From: the human T2T-CHM13v2.0 reference genome, Homo sapiens
NCBI RefSeq assembly: GCF_009914755.1
Contig: NC_060932.1
Length of the DNA stretch: 64,000 bases
Direction: 5' to 3' (one strand)
Below, one piece after another: positions 49,333 through 62,859 of this stretch; the first letter of the stretch is position 1; each line of letters begins with the position of its first letter. Below the pieces are notes generated by a model, which saw only the letters and a program-made list of their open reading frames with translations, had not been told where the DNA came from and searched no databases. Both the position numbers and the translations under genes were made by a program.

Positions 49333-49990
49333 GTGTTCCTGGACCAAACTGTGGGTCAGGCTGCTATTTCTTGTGGCCCAATAATGAGAGGCCAATGAAC
49401 TGGGGAGGAAGAGAGTTTTTATTTCTGTAACCAGTTACAGGAAGAAGGCCTGGAAATGATAACCAGACCAACTCAAAATTACACAGTTTTCCAGAGCTTA
49501 TATACCTTCTAAACTATAGGTCTACATGTAAGTGTGCACTCATCGAAAGACATAAGTGATTAACTTCTTTTAATCTATAACTAAGGTCTCCATCCTGAAG
49601 ACTTTCTTCTGGATCCTCAGTAAATTTACTTAATCTAAATGGGTCTAGGTGGTGGGGTGATTACCCTTATCTTGTCTCCTGATGAATCATAAAGGTTTGG
49701 GGAGTTCTGTAGACCCCAACAAACTTGTCTATGGAGGCCTGGGGGGTTTATTCAGACCCCCAGTAAAACTTGTTTAAACTTGAAGGTCCTGTTAAGAATC
49801 CCTTCATTATCTTGTCATGCTCCAAGGCCCACGAAAAGCCTAGAGAAAACTTTTGGTGGGCTCGTTGTTACATTCCAGCCTTTGTATAAGGGCACTGGCT
49901 CAATTAGCTTTAATGTTTAATGTAGCTGCTCAGTCAGTGCTGGGACAGTTGTAAGGGAGGCCTACATTAGTGAGACCTGGCCCACCACAA
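49333..49990 (-). mobile_element. ERV1-type solo LTR (family not assigned)
   Basis: TG...CA termini; AATAAA on the minus strand near 49420; LTR-like composition. Confidence 0.65.
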
Positions 49991-51539
49991 CAGGGCAGCA
50001 AGGGAGGCAGGGGAGAACCAAGTAAGGTGAGGCTGAGATGGGGGGTCAGTCCCCAGCCCCATGGTGGACCTCTGGTCCTCCTGCACCTGGGTGAGCTCCA
50101 GCGAGAGCCAGGTGGCTTTCCTCTAGAGAAGAGCCTGTAACCCCTCCTGCTATGGGAGTCTCCTCCTCCTCTTCCAGGTCTTGTGGATGATGACCAGCGG
50201 GGTGATCCCCAGTGGGCACCAGTGTATTTGCCTGTCAACAAGGGAACAAGCGAATCAAGTCCCTGTGTGGTTCACGGAGGGGGAAGATCAGGTTTCACTT
50301 GTAAAGAATGGCGGGTGCTTGCACTTGGAGACTATGCCAGTGAATGTGGAGGGCTGCACCCTGACTAGGCAGCAACAGGGTCTTTAGTCTGCACACATTT
50401 GGTTAAAACATTCTACGCTGTTCATTTTTCAGAAAGGAGTCTTCCTTTAGGTGAATGAGGCACTGTCGGAGTCACTCTGAGTTCTGAGTCACCGTTCAGT
50501 CTGGGCTGGTTGGAAGAAATTGGGTTGAATCTCAGCATTCAGGTTTGACATGTTCTGGGCAAGGACTGCTCTAAATGGAAACTTTTCCCTTTCTGTTCCT
50601 TAAGGATGTGAAGAACCCAGCAGCCTTTCCTGAGGCTGTGTCTTCTGTGCACAGCATCTACTAAGGCCATTCAAAAACACCCCTCCATGGATCTTAAAGC
50701 ACCCCCTTTTTCCCTTAGGAGGGGGAGTTCTGCAGCTCCTTAAGCTAAAGCCAGATGGATGCAACTAAGAGAGAAGAGAGAACTCCATGCTGCCCCCTTG
50801 GTGAATAGGCTGGGCCCAGCATGGTGCAGTCCTTAAAGAGGACCACGGTGGATGAGATGAAGCCACCAGGGCACTGTGTGTACAGAAACAGCAGGAATCA
50901 AAATGCCATATACCCGATGAGTGCAATGATGAAACAAAAAATTTATGTGCCGACTCAGATTGGAGAAGTATACTGGGAAAAACAGGCCAATAGTAGATTT
51001 GATTGGAAGAGTAGTATTTTGAGCAATTTTTGTTATAGCACTGTTTTGTATTTTGACTGATTGTGACAAGCGTGTATTTTTCTGCTGATATTTGTGGGTT
51101 CTCAGGCTTTCGTGGCATAAAACAACCTTGATCAAAAATGTGAATGGTATAAGAAGTTAGTGAATCAGCTTTCATGCCTGTCCAGAACAGAACAAAGGGG
51201 CACCCACATGACAGCTCACTAAATTTCTTTTAAAAACCTGTTGTCTTCCAAGATTTGGGACTAATAATAAAAAAGCCTCAAGTGGCTTTTGTTCATAAAT
51301 TACCATCAGTCCGTGATCTAACAGAAGAGATAAAGGCAGGGGAATAACTATTTCTCCCAAGGCTTTTTATTATTGTGATTTTAAAAACTATTATTTTTCA
51401 ATATTTTGGATAGTTCATGTATTTTCAGAAGAAAGCAGCCATGAACAAGTGTATGTATATTGGGAGTTAACTGGAAATATCCATTTTCATGGAAGTTCTC
51501 CTTCTAAACAATGGACAGAATCAGGTCTATCCCCTAAAC

Positions 51540-51758
51540 CAGAGGTTGGAAAACAATGACCTTTGGCCAAATCTGGCTTGCTGCCTGTTCTTTTGAACAC
51601 AGTTTTATGGAAGCACAGCCACTCCCATTTACTTATGTGTCAGACAAGGATTCTTTCACTCTGCAGTGACAGAGTTGAGTACTTGCAACAGATGGGATAT
51701 GACTCACAGAATTGAAAATATTTATTATCTGGCCCCTTGGAAATATTTGACGACCCAT
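51540..51758 (+). mobile_element. MER58-like hAT-Charlie DNA transposon
   Basis: ggccaaatctggc...gttttatggaa.cacagccac...aaaatattta.tatctggcccctt. Confidence 0.72.
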
Positions 51759-51854
51759 GTGCTGAGCCACTGACATAGCCATCTAATCCCATGTGGCAAC
51801 CACTGGCGGTACATCTGTGGTTTAAACTCCTCCTGGCCACTACTAAAAGTGTAA

Positions 51855-52350
<496 letters not shown>

Positions 52351-53266
52351 TGACCCACTGCTTCCTGTGCTGTTGTTTCGCTTGTTTCCGAAAGTCCTGT
52401 ATTTTCCGTAAACTAGTAGTTAGATCTAGAAACTCAATTAGTTTCAGGTTCCATTTCTTTGGGCAAGAATAGTTCATGGGTGGTGCTGTGTAATTCTTAT
52501 TACATCACAACAGGAAATCCATTAATGTCTGGTTGTCTCAGTTTTAGGGAGGGTAAGACTGATGATCGAGTGCACCCTTAACCCTCAGTTATCAAATTCC
52601 CTGCCAAGCTTTTCACCAAATGGTTCTAAAACAGTCCATTGATGATTGCTTTAGACCTATAATTTCATTCAGGGTTGCAATATGGTGATTTTATTATTCT
52701 ATCATCCCTTTTTCATTTATTAGTTGGGGAAATTCTATAAAGAAGGCATTTCCTTAACTATTGTTCACCCTAAAAGGCAGTTTGTACTGAAAATGCAGAA
52801 TAAATTTCTGAAGTGATAAGTTGGTGCTGTAACAAGCTCTAATTATAAATGAAACTATTTAATTGTCATCATGAACTCATGGATGTTTATGTATTTGTGT
52901 GCGTCAATCAATTGTTATCATTAGTTACTGCAGTTAGGAAAAATGTCTCATCTGTGGCCATTGGGCTCCCCTTTGATTTGGAGCTGGTGTTCTTTTGGTG
53001 CGACCCTTCAGTCTTTGAGATGTCTTATTTCTAGCACAGCAAAATAACTCAGGCTTGTCTTGTACATCTTATGTTCCAGACTTGGAGGCTGCCATTTCTC
53101 CAAGTAGTCCTGGAGATTCTCAAATGCTAAAGTTAACCAACACAGTGCCCTAAGACCAGAAAGGAGAAAAAATGGAAGTTCTGGGTCCTGCCAAAGGACT
53201 ATTTCACTGAGCAGACTGCTGAGACCTCTGAATTATGTGGACACTTGAGAATCAGTCATGTGTTGG

Positions 53267-53592
<326 letters not shown>

Positions 53593-53802
53593 ATCAGTCA
53601 CCTGTTGGTTTGTGGATCAAACAAAGTGGAGGTGACATCACTGAAGCCTAGGACATCACTCCCCTTTTCCAGGCAGGCTTTGTGGTTCGACCTGTCTCAC
53701 GTTCCAACCCATGCACCCTAACCCCCTACTTCTTTACCTCTTCCAATTGAGACACAAGATTCATTTTGGCCCAAAGGAGGTATACTTCAAAAGCAATTTT
53801 CC

Positions 53803-53808
53803 TTTATT
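53803..53808 (-). terminator. DEFB1 polyadenylation signal AATAAA
   Basis: tttatt on the plus strand about 60 nt past the stop codon. Confidence 0.88.
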
Positions 53809-53869
53809 AAAAGAATGCTTATAAAAAGTTCATTTCACTTCTGCGTCATTTCTTCTGGTCACTCCCAGC

Positions 53870-54015
53870 TCACTTGCAGCACTTGGCCTTCCCTCTGTAA
53901 CAGGTGCCTTGAATTTTGGTAAAGATCGGGCAGGCAGAATAGAGACATTGCCCTCCACTGCTGACGCAATTGTAATGATCAGATCTGTGGCCAAGGCCTG
54001 TGAGAAAGTTACCAC
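53870..54015 (-). CDS. DEFB1: DEFB1 exon 2, pro/mature hBD-1 ([47 protein letters not shown])
   Basis: Acceptor ttacag| at 54016. Six-cysteine beta-defensin motif C-x6-C-x4-C-x9-C-x6-CC. TGA at 53870-53872. Total 207 nt = 68 aa plus stop. Confidence 0.99.
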
Positions 54016-54724
54016 CTGTAAGGAGGGAACACAAACACTTCAGACTCATGGCTTGTAGCTGCAACGATTTGAGAACATCTCGCGAAAGCAGAACAAATAA
54101 CTGCAAAACACCGGAGAGTCTTCTCTTCCAAGAAATTGGCCCATGATTGATCTTTGGGGCTACTCATGAAATGAGGTGTCTGAACAGCTTACTCAGTCTG
54201 GGGCTATGCCAGCTGTGGCCAAATACAAGCCAAGGAATGAGCAGTGGGGTTCTGAGTGGGGTTTTCTTCTGCTGAGAGATTTTAAATGTGCAGGGAATTC
54301 AAGTTATTTTTCCAAACAAGTTTTCTGCCTTGTCTCAACACACCCCAAAATCACATCCTGTGTTTTAGAAATGTGGAAGCAGCTGCCACTCTTCAAACAC
54401 AGCCTACACTTCCCTCCTTCCATGCCTTCAGTTACGCTGTTCCCTCTGCCTTGAATCCCGGCCCCCTCACTTCCCACATCACTATTTCAGCTGAAATCTA
54501 GGATCGTTTCACATCGGGCTGAAATTATGGTTACTCTCTAAAACTTTCATAGTTTTTTTTTCTACTTGGACTTTATTTTGCCCTTCTCCCAGTATCCCAG
54601 ATCTGATAAATAGAGACAGTACTCTGGAATAGCCTTCTATTCCATGCAACAGGGAACAGTCGCCTGTGATATTCCTGGCGAGGGACCAGCAGGCCGCCAT
54701 GTTGCAAGTCTCCACTGGTAGGCG

Positions 54725-55120
54725 TTTTGGACTGAACTGAATCCCCTAGGAAAAGAATTCCTGTGTCGAAGCCCTAACAGTGCCTCAGAAGGTGATTGTA
54801 TTTGGAGAGAGAAACTTTAAAGAGGTGATTCAAGTTAAACACGGTCATTGGGGTGTGCTCTGATCCATAAGACTTGCATCCTTATAAGAAGAGATTGGGA
54901 CAGACACACACAGAGGAAAGACCATGTGAGGACCCAGGGAGGCGGCGGTCATCTACCAGCCAAGGACAGACACCTGAGAAGAAGCCAACCCTGCTTCCAC
55001 CTTGATCGCAGACTTCCTGCCTCCAGGACTGCGAGGAAATAAATTTCTGTTGTTTAAACTGCCTGGTCTGTTTATGGGCAGTTTAAACGATAAATCTGGT
55101 AGCCTGAGCGGACTAATACA
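54725..55120 (+). mobile_element. MLT1-type MaLR LTR (DEFB1 intron)
   Basis: cctccaggactgcgaggaaataaatttctgttgtttaa...ctaataca. Confidence 0.78.
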
Positions 55121-55274
55121 AGAGGCCATCGCTACCCTAGGAGACAGTACATTCTCATGTTGCAGATCTCTGTTGGAAAGATGGCTTTCACACCGATGGA
55201 AATTGTCTCATCAGTAACTTCCATCCAAAGGCTATTTTTCCACTTTTTGCAGTAATTCCACTTTTGAAAAACTC

Positions 55275-55771
55275 TTCTCATTGTCCTCAATGCCTGGTTT
55301 CTGGTCCCTTCCCAAACCTCTTCATTCTCCTGTGGATGTGTTTAAGTTGGCCAGTACACTTCCCAAAGTTTGAAGCCTGGTATCAATACAGAGTCCCTTC
55401 AATGTGTTCCGCCAACCAAGGTAAATAGAGGCTTCATTTCTCTCATTTTGTTCTCAAAGCAGCACCATCCAATATGGCAGCCACATGCTCCCTGTGGCTG
55501 TTCTCTTTTAGGTTAATTGAAATCACCCTAGCCGCATTGCAAGTGCTCACGAGCACTATGTGGCTAGTGGGTGCTGCATTCATTGAACAGCAGATATAGA
55601 ATCTTTTTACCACTGCAGAACGTTTTATTCAACTTCATTTCAATAGAAGGTACTCTGTATTGATACCAGGCTTCAAACGTTGGGAAGTCTATTGGCCAAC
55701 TTAAACACATCCACAGGAGAATGAAGAGGTTTGGGAAGGGCCCGGAAACCAGGCATTGAGGAGAATGAGAA
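55275..55771. repeat. Inverted repeat: 126-bp arms (55275-55400 / 55646-55771), 245-bp spacer
   Basis: Manual alignment gives about 7 mismatches in 126 bp. Confidence 0.92.
55458..55630. mobile_element. MER3/MER33-like hAT DNA transposon in the spacer of an inverted repeat
   Basis: ccaatatggcagccac...ctagccgcattgcaagtgctca...tgtggctagtgg. Confidence 0.6.
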
Positions 55772-56699
55772 AAGAAGAGTTTTTTTGTGTTGCTGTGGAG
55801 ATGGAAGGGAATTGAGAGGCACTCTGGTTCTCCCATCCCAGTACTCAGGGAAGCATCTTGGGCCAAGGCCACTCATTTGTTCATACAAAACACAGTCTCT
55901 TGATTGCCAGCTTATATTCTTTTTCTCTGACTGATTCCTAATGAGGCTGTCTGAGATTGTACTATGTTTTAATAATCTCGCCATAATGTTGACCTCAAGT
56001 AAGATCATGACCAGCTAGACTCTGCCAAAGTCTCCACTTTCTGCTTTAGTCTCCCTGCACTGGAGGCTCCCAGTGCTGGAAAGATGCTTAGAGGATGCCT
56101 ACTCCAACCCACGCTGCGAAAGATGGAACCTCTCCAAGTGATTATCTGTTATTAGAGAGATCAACTGAGCATATAAATTTGAAAGCACTTTGAAATCGAG
56201 AAGGTTTATACACCTTTGTTCTTGATTGTTCTTCTCAGTAATCAAATGGTTGGGTATATATATGCTGAGTAAGCAGAGGAGGCCCAAATTTAATATGGAT
56301 GTAGCTTTTTAGAGCCAGGATGGACTTCGGAACTCAATTAATTCAACCTTTCTGTGATCCTCTCCCCAGATGAAGGAACAAGGTCCAGTGATGTCCGCAG
56401 AGCATGTAGCTGGTCAAAGACCAACCCCAGACCAGAATGGATGCCTCCTGATCTCACTTCAGTTCTCATTCCACTTCACCACACTGCTGGTTGACTGTGG
56501 TGTCACGGTGCATAACCAGAACTAATTTCTGGCATTACCTTCCAGGATCTAGTACATTATGGGACACAAAAGGAATTGCAGCAAAGTTAGTGAGAGGGTA
56601 CTTTGATTACATTCTGTGTTCCACATCTAATCTACTGTGTGATCTTTTGCAAACCACTCAACCTCTCTAGGCAGCAGCTTCTCAAATTTAAAACGGAGG

Positions 56700-56955
56700 A
56701 GACTACGCAGCCATAAAAAAGAATGAAGGTGTGTCCTTTGCAGCAACACAGATGCAGCTGGAGGCCAATATCCTAAACAAATTAACACAGGAAAAGAAAG
56801 CCAAGTACCACATGTTCTCAGTTATAAGTGGGGGCTAAACACTGAGACACTGGGGGCTACTAGAGGGGAAAGGAGGCAGAGGAGTGTGGAAAACTAACTG
56901 TGGGGTACTATGCTCATTACCTGGGTGACAAGATCATATTCCATTCCTCAGCATC
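56700..56955 (+). mobile_element. Short L1 3'-end fragment (L1PB/old L1PA-like)
   Basis: gcagccataaaaaagaatga...catgttctcagttataagtgggggctaaac resembles the end of ORF2 and the 3'UTR. Confidence 0.75.
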
Positions 56956-57868
56956 TGAGTGGGTCTGGGTTGGGGCTGATAATTTGCATTTTAAAACAAG
57001 CTCCTAGGTGACACTGAAGCTTCTGGTCCAGAGGCCATACTTTTACAACCTTTGGTCTGGAATAATGAGGTTCCTTCCTGTTGGAGCAGTCTTTGCTGCT
57101 TTCAGTCTAGGGGCCTTTTAAAAGCACTTGCCTTTAACATTTTCATGACATTTACCTTCACCTTGTGTTCGATATTGCTGTGCCTGTGTCTGTTTCTCTT
57201 ACGTGCTTCTTAAGGATGTTAGTGTAATCTAAATGCTTCTGAAGGTTTTTGTTTTCCAATAATTGTGGACCAGGCAGCCCAAAAAGAACAGCTAGAATAT
57301 CTGACATACACACACACACACACACACGCACATGTGCACTTTGTAGGTATTAGAGAACCAACAGTAAAGAATTACTAGGTCAAGATTTGAGAGAAAGACA
57401 GAAACAAAAGCAGGAACATCACATCCTACTAACATAAAAAAAGTTATTATGAAGGCATGAAACATTTTGAAATGAAGAAGACCTAAATGAGTGGAAATGC
57501 TCTGTTAAAGCATTTGAAGATTACTTTTTTAAAAAAATTAATCTTCTGGTTCAACCAAATACCATGGGAATCCCCAGAGGTTCTAATTTGACAAAGTGAT
57601 TCTAAATTTTATTTGGAAATTCAAAGGGCCGAGAATAGCCGAGACACATTTGGAAAAAAGGTGAGAGGTCTTGCTTTACTGTATTTCAAGACTAAGTGTA
57701 GAGCCACTGTAATTAAGGCAATGTGCTTATGGCACAAGGACAGAAAAATGTCCAAATGGAATAAGATAGAGTGTAGAAAGAGGCTCATGCATACATGGAG
57801 AATTGATGTAGAATAGTAGTGTCTCAGCAGAACGGTGGGGAAAAATAGTCTTATCAACAGTTGGTTCT

Positions 57869-58163
57869 GGGCTGGGCATGGTGGCTCATGGCTATAATCC
57901 CAGCACTTTGTGAGGCAGAGGCAGGCAGATAACTTGAGGTCAGGTATTTGAGACCAGCCTGGCCAACATGGTGAAACTTGCTCTCTACTAAAAATACAAA
58001 AATTAGCCAGGTGTGGTGACAGGCGCCTGTAATCCCAGCCACTCGGGAGGCTGAGGCAGGAGAATCCCTTGAACCTGGGAGGGAGGGGTTGCGGTTAGCC
58101 AAGATTGTGCCACTGCACTACAGCCTGGGTGACAGAGCGAGACTCAGTCTCAAAAAAAAAAAA
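57869..58163 (+). mobile_element. AluSx-like element (DEFB1 intron)
   Basis: TSD agttggttct. Confidence 0.92.
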
Positions 58164-58233
58164 AGTTGGTTCTGGACAATCAGATATTCATATTGGGGAA
58201 AAAAAGTAACTTGACCGTTACTTCATACCGAAG

Positions 58234-58234
<1 letters not shown>

Positions 58235-58279
<45 letters not shown>
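58235..58279 (+). repeat. (CA)~22 microsatellite
   Basis: Seen directly. Confidence 0.95.
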
Positions 58280-58281
<2 letters not shown>

Positions 58282-59360
58282 CATTGCCAGATGGATTATA
58301 AGTCTAAATGTAAAAAGAAAAAGGATAAGCTTTTAGAAGACAATACTGGGGACTATCTTCATGTCTTTGATGTAAAGAAAGTCTTCTTAAACAAGATAGA
58401 AAGTGCAGTAACCTTACGGAAAAAGACATGACACATTCGACTACATTGAAATCATGATAAAAGCCTCTTTTCTAGGAAAGTTTCCATTAAGAGAGTGAAA
58501 AATCAAAACACAAAGCAAGAGAAGATATTTGTGATGTATATAATTGACAAAAGGCTTGCATAGAAAATACATAAAGAACTACAAACCAATAAGAAAAGAC
58601 AGATAATCCAAAAGAAAACATGGACAAAAGACAAACAGGTATTTTACAAAAAATAACCCAGTTGCCTGTAACTATGTATAAAAGGGCCCAACTTATTATT
58701 TATCGGGGAAATGCAGATTAAAACTCCAGTGAGCTATTGCTACACTCACCAGGTGGTTAAAATTTAAAAATAATTGATGTTATCAAATGTTGGCAAGGAT
58801 ACAGAGCAAGAGGAACTCTTATTCACTGCTTGTGGGAGTGCAAATTGGTGTAAATAATCTTGGAAAACAGTTTGGCATTGTCCAATACAATTGAATATAT
58901 GCATAGCCTATGATCCAGTGATGCAACTTTTCAGCATGTAGAAATAGAGGCATAAGGGCACCTACTGGCCAATAGAAATGTGTGCACAAACCAAGCTGTA
59001 CTATTCAACCTGAATATTAATTAGTGTGGCAAAAGTGTAAATATGAAAAGTTACCACCATAAAAGTCAAGTGAGTGATTATTCTTGGGGGTAGGAGGGAG
59101 TTGTGACTGGGAAGGCTCGAGAATAGCTTCTCATAATTCAATTTAGATATAATAGACTGAAAACAAAAATTCTTTATGTTAACAAAGTGCCTTTCAAACC
59201 CTTTTGAGTTTGGACTGAACCACCATCAGAAAGAAATTTCTCACTGCTACTCAGTAAAAACATATGCACACACCCCAAACTGAAATATGGGTGTAATTAA
59301 ATAGCATCTACTTTTACTACATGGCATGAAGTAATATTTTCTATTCCTTTAAAAAAACAT

Positions 59361-60030
<670 letters not shown>

Positions 60031-60962
60031 CAAAATCCATTGTAGCAACTGGCAGCATGAAAAGTTCTGCATTTAGAATGCTTTTGTACTCAGCTTTCAG
60101 ATGGAAAAACTGAGGCATAATTGGAATAAATTAAGCCTATCTGCTGGATACAGTGATGGCCTAGAGAAACTTACAATAGGATCTTACAGAGACTTTCTGA
60201 ACTGGAGTGCTTGCTTTCAGGATCATCCTTCCCAGCCCCTCATTCTGCAGATGAATAAACCAAGGCTTAGCACCATGTGACTCGTGTGAACAAGGATAGG
60301 GCTGGGATAAAACATGTTCCCGATTCCTCCCGCACGTCCCACCATCATGTCAGGGTCATGGCTGCTTTGGCCCAGAGAAGCTGACATACACCTGGCTCAC
60401 AGGAAGCCCCCTCCTATTGACTGGGGAGACTGCTAACCTGGAGAATGTGGATGCATTTCTCAGGAGAGGGAGAGGACCGCCTGCCTGCACACGAGGTGAG
60501 TCCAAGGCACCGGCTGAGCTGGCCTGATGGGTGGGGCGGCAGCACCTCACCTGTACCAGGGCACCCCAGGAGGCTGCACCCAGTGACGTGGGCTGAGGAT
60601 GGGGCCGGCCCCTCTCTCTGCATAGGAAGCTGGCCTCTCAGTGTGAGGAGTCGTCTTGCAGGGGAAGCAGCAATCTCATCCACATAGGATACTGTCTACA
60701 TGTCCAGGACAAGGATGTAGGCAGCTGCCTGTGACAAGCGCCATGACCCTGCCAGGCTCACTCCTTGGCGGCTCACAGACCCTGAAGGCTTGGCAGGGCT
60801 TGCCTGCTGCCTTCTGCCAACTGCAGGCCACTCAACCACGGGATGCTTTCCTGCTGCTTGTTCCTCGTCCCTTGGGACACGGAGGCAGCCATCCGAGACT
60901 CACATCAGCCCCATTGTCCCCAGCCCTGGGGATGGGAAACTCTAGCAGGTACCAGAGCTTAC

Positions 60963-61023
60963 CTGAGGCCATCTCAGACAAAAGTAAGCAGAGAGTAAAC
61001 AGCAGAAGGTAGGAAGTTCTCAT
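60963..61023 (-). CDS. DEFB1: DEFB1 exon 1, signal peptide MRTSYLLLFTLCLLLSEMAS
   Basis: Kozak GCCATGA, donor CAG|GTAAGC at 60962. 61 nt, phase 1. Confidence 0.98.
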
Positions 61024-61125
61024 GGCGACTGGCAGGCAACACCCAGGATTTCAGGAACTGGGGAGAGGCTGGCTTCTTTGGAGGCTGAGCTGACAGAGGC
61101 TTCCAGAGGCTGGAGCGTCACTGTA

Positions 61126-61150
61126 TTTATAAGACTGGTGGATTGCACAA
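61126..61150 (-). promoter_or_regulatory. DEFB1 core promoter: TATA box (TATAAA, 61131-61126) and adjacent C/EBP(NF-IL6)-like site TTGCACAA (61143-61150)
   Basis: Motifs read directly about 105-125 nt upstream of the ATG. Confidence 0.8.
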
Positions 61151-62171
61151 CCTCGTCGACGGAACTGAAGGGAGGTGCCACAGTCAAGGGTGAACTTCTA
61201 ATCGCTAACCCCTGGTGTCATTTGCCCTGAGCAGTCAGCAGTCACATGGCACATTGTCTCCATCTGGCTGCCGCTGGATTTAGCTTTCAGCCTGGAGCCC
61301 TGGTGCCAGCTCCTCCTGTTTGGTTTTCTAGGTTAGGCAGTTCTGATGGGGTTTCTGGAACAGGCAGTTCACACTGGAGTCCCTCCTTCTGGATCACATG
61401 GAGGAGAGCCACTGGGAAGCTCTGAGCAGGGGGCCGCTCGGCTCTAAGCTGGTGTTGGCCTCTTTAGTTTGATTGTCTTCCTGCAAGACAAACTCAAACT
61501 TCACCCTCTTCCCTTGCAGAAGGAGAGCTGGTTGTAATGAAGTTTCTTCCTCTGGCCAAGGCTACCTTCTCATCTCTCCCCTTATGCAGAACACTCTCCT
61601 CGATGGACCAACTTTTCTCTTTTCCCACTAGATGTGTTCCTGGGACGTTTCCAAAGCGCACTCCTCAGAAAGTGAGCCCCCAGTGTGGCCCTTGGAGGTT
61701 GAGGGTCTGGCCCAGCCTGGGCCCACCCTGCAGAGCTACAACTGCCAGATTGGAGTGCTGTTAGTGACTCTCCAAGTATCCCTCAGGTTTTCCTTGATTC
61801 TAAAGATTTAAGAAACATTTTATTTATTACTGATTTTCATTGTAATTCTGTGAGCAGCTTTCCTGATGTCTCAGTGGCTTATTTGCAAGCAGCAGACACT
61901 GGCTCTCGCTGACCAAGGAAGGGAAGAGTTTATTCGGAGGATATCAGGGTTGGTGGGGGGTGGTGGCATTGCTGGAGAACCCAGCTTGAGGCTCAGTTTC
62001 CAGGAATGACATCCACCCTACACTGTCACGGTGGTCCAATGAGAACCCCATACTGCAGCCACATGGCATGAGACACCCAGAGTGGAGTGACCCTCAGCCA
62101 CTCTACCGCTGGCAGAATGCCATTCTGCACCCAAACATGTATCTGCCGTATACTCCCACTGCACCCCTGCC

Positions 62172-62368
62172 AGAGAAAGACAGAGAGAGATCCAGAAAGA
62201 TGGACAAACAAAAACAGAGACAGAGGAAGAGACAGAGACATGCAGAGAGACAGTAGAGAGACACAGAGAAACAGAGAGATAGAAACAGACAGAGAGAGAT
62301 GGAAATAGAGAGAGAGAGAGAGATAGAGAGAAATAGATTCAGAGAGACAGAAAGAAGGAGACAGAAAG
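62172..62368 (+). repeat. GA-rich (GAGA/GACA) tract abutting the upstream inverted repeat
   Basis: Seen directly. Confidence 0.88.
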
Positions 62369-62381
62369 ATGCAGTGGGATC

Positions 62382-62598
62382 CTGTAGCTAGCTCATTGAG
62401 GCAGTTCACAAAGGGTGTTTGGGAGAAAACTTGGAAGAGGCTGAGCCATGCCTGACCTAGGAGCAGTGAGATTGTGGAAAGAGAAAAGAAAGAACCGAAA
62501 CACAGCTTTCCTTGCTGGTGCTGGGTAAGACATGGCTCAGCCTCTTCCAAGTTCCTCCCAAACACCGTCTGTGAACTGCCTCAATGAGCTAGCTACAG
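62382..62598. repeat. Inverted repeat: ~69-bp arms (62382-62450 / 62531-62598), 80-bp spacer
   Basis: ctgtagctagctcattgaggcagttcaca...cttggaagaggctgagccatg and its reverse complement; about 4 differences. Confidence 0.92.
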
Positions 62599-62859
62599 TA
62601 TTCTATCGGATCTGTTTCTGTCCCTTTCCTTCTGTCTTATTGAAGCCACACTATGATTCTTTGACCAGGCAATATAATCCTCATGTTAGAGAAGAAAAAC
62701 ACTGGGGTTCAGAGAATTGAAACAAATTGCCCAAGGTCACCCTGCTGGTAAATGGAAAACTGGTGTAATGGCCTGGAAAGCCTCATTCCCTAGCCTCTGT
62801 GCTGACCGCCTCCTGGGGAGGCTTCCAGGTTATTACACCAGGTGTGGGTTCAATAAGAT

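Larger units (their letters stand above)
57400..59110 (+). mobile_element. Old L1M-type ORF2/3' fragment in the DEFB1 intron, interrupted by an Alu and (CA)n
   Basis: Degenerate L1 motifs (gggaaatgcagattaaaact, cttggaaaacagtttggca). ORF 57613-57816 resembles L1 ORF2. Confidence 0.7.

Noticed and set aside
50290-50365. VKNGGCL... resembling a beta-defensin pseudo-exon
   Set aside because: No six-cysteine spacing, no terminal CC and no signal-peptide exon; likely chance.
50821-51060. Short ORFs with scattered cysteines downstream of DEFB1
   Set aside because: No recognisable family or splice-site support.
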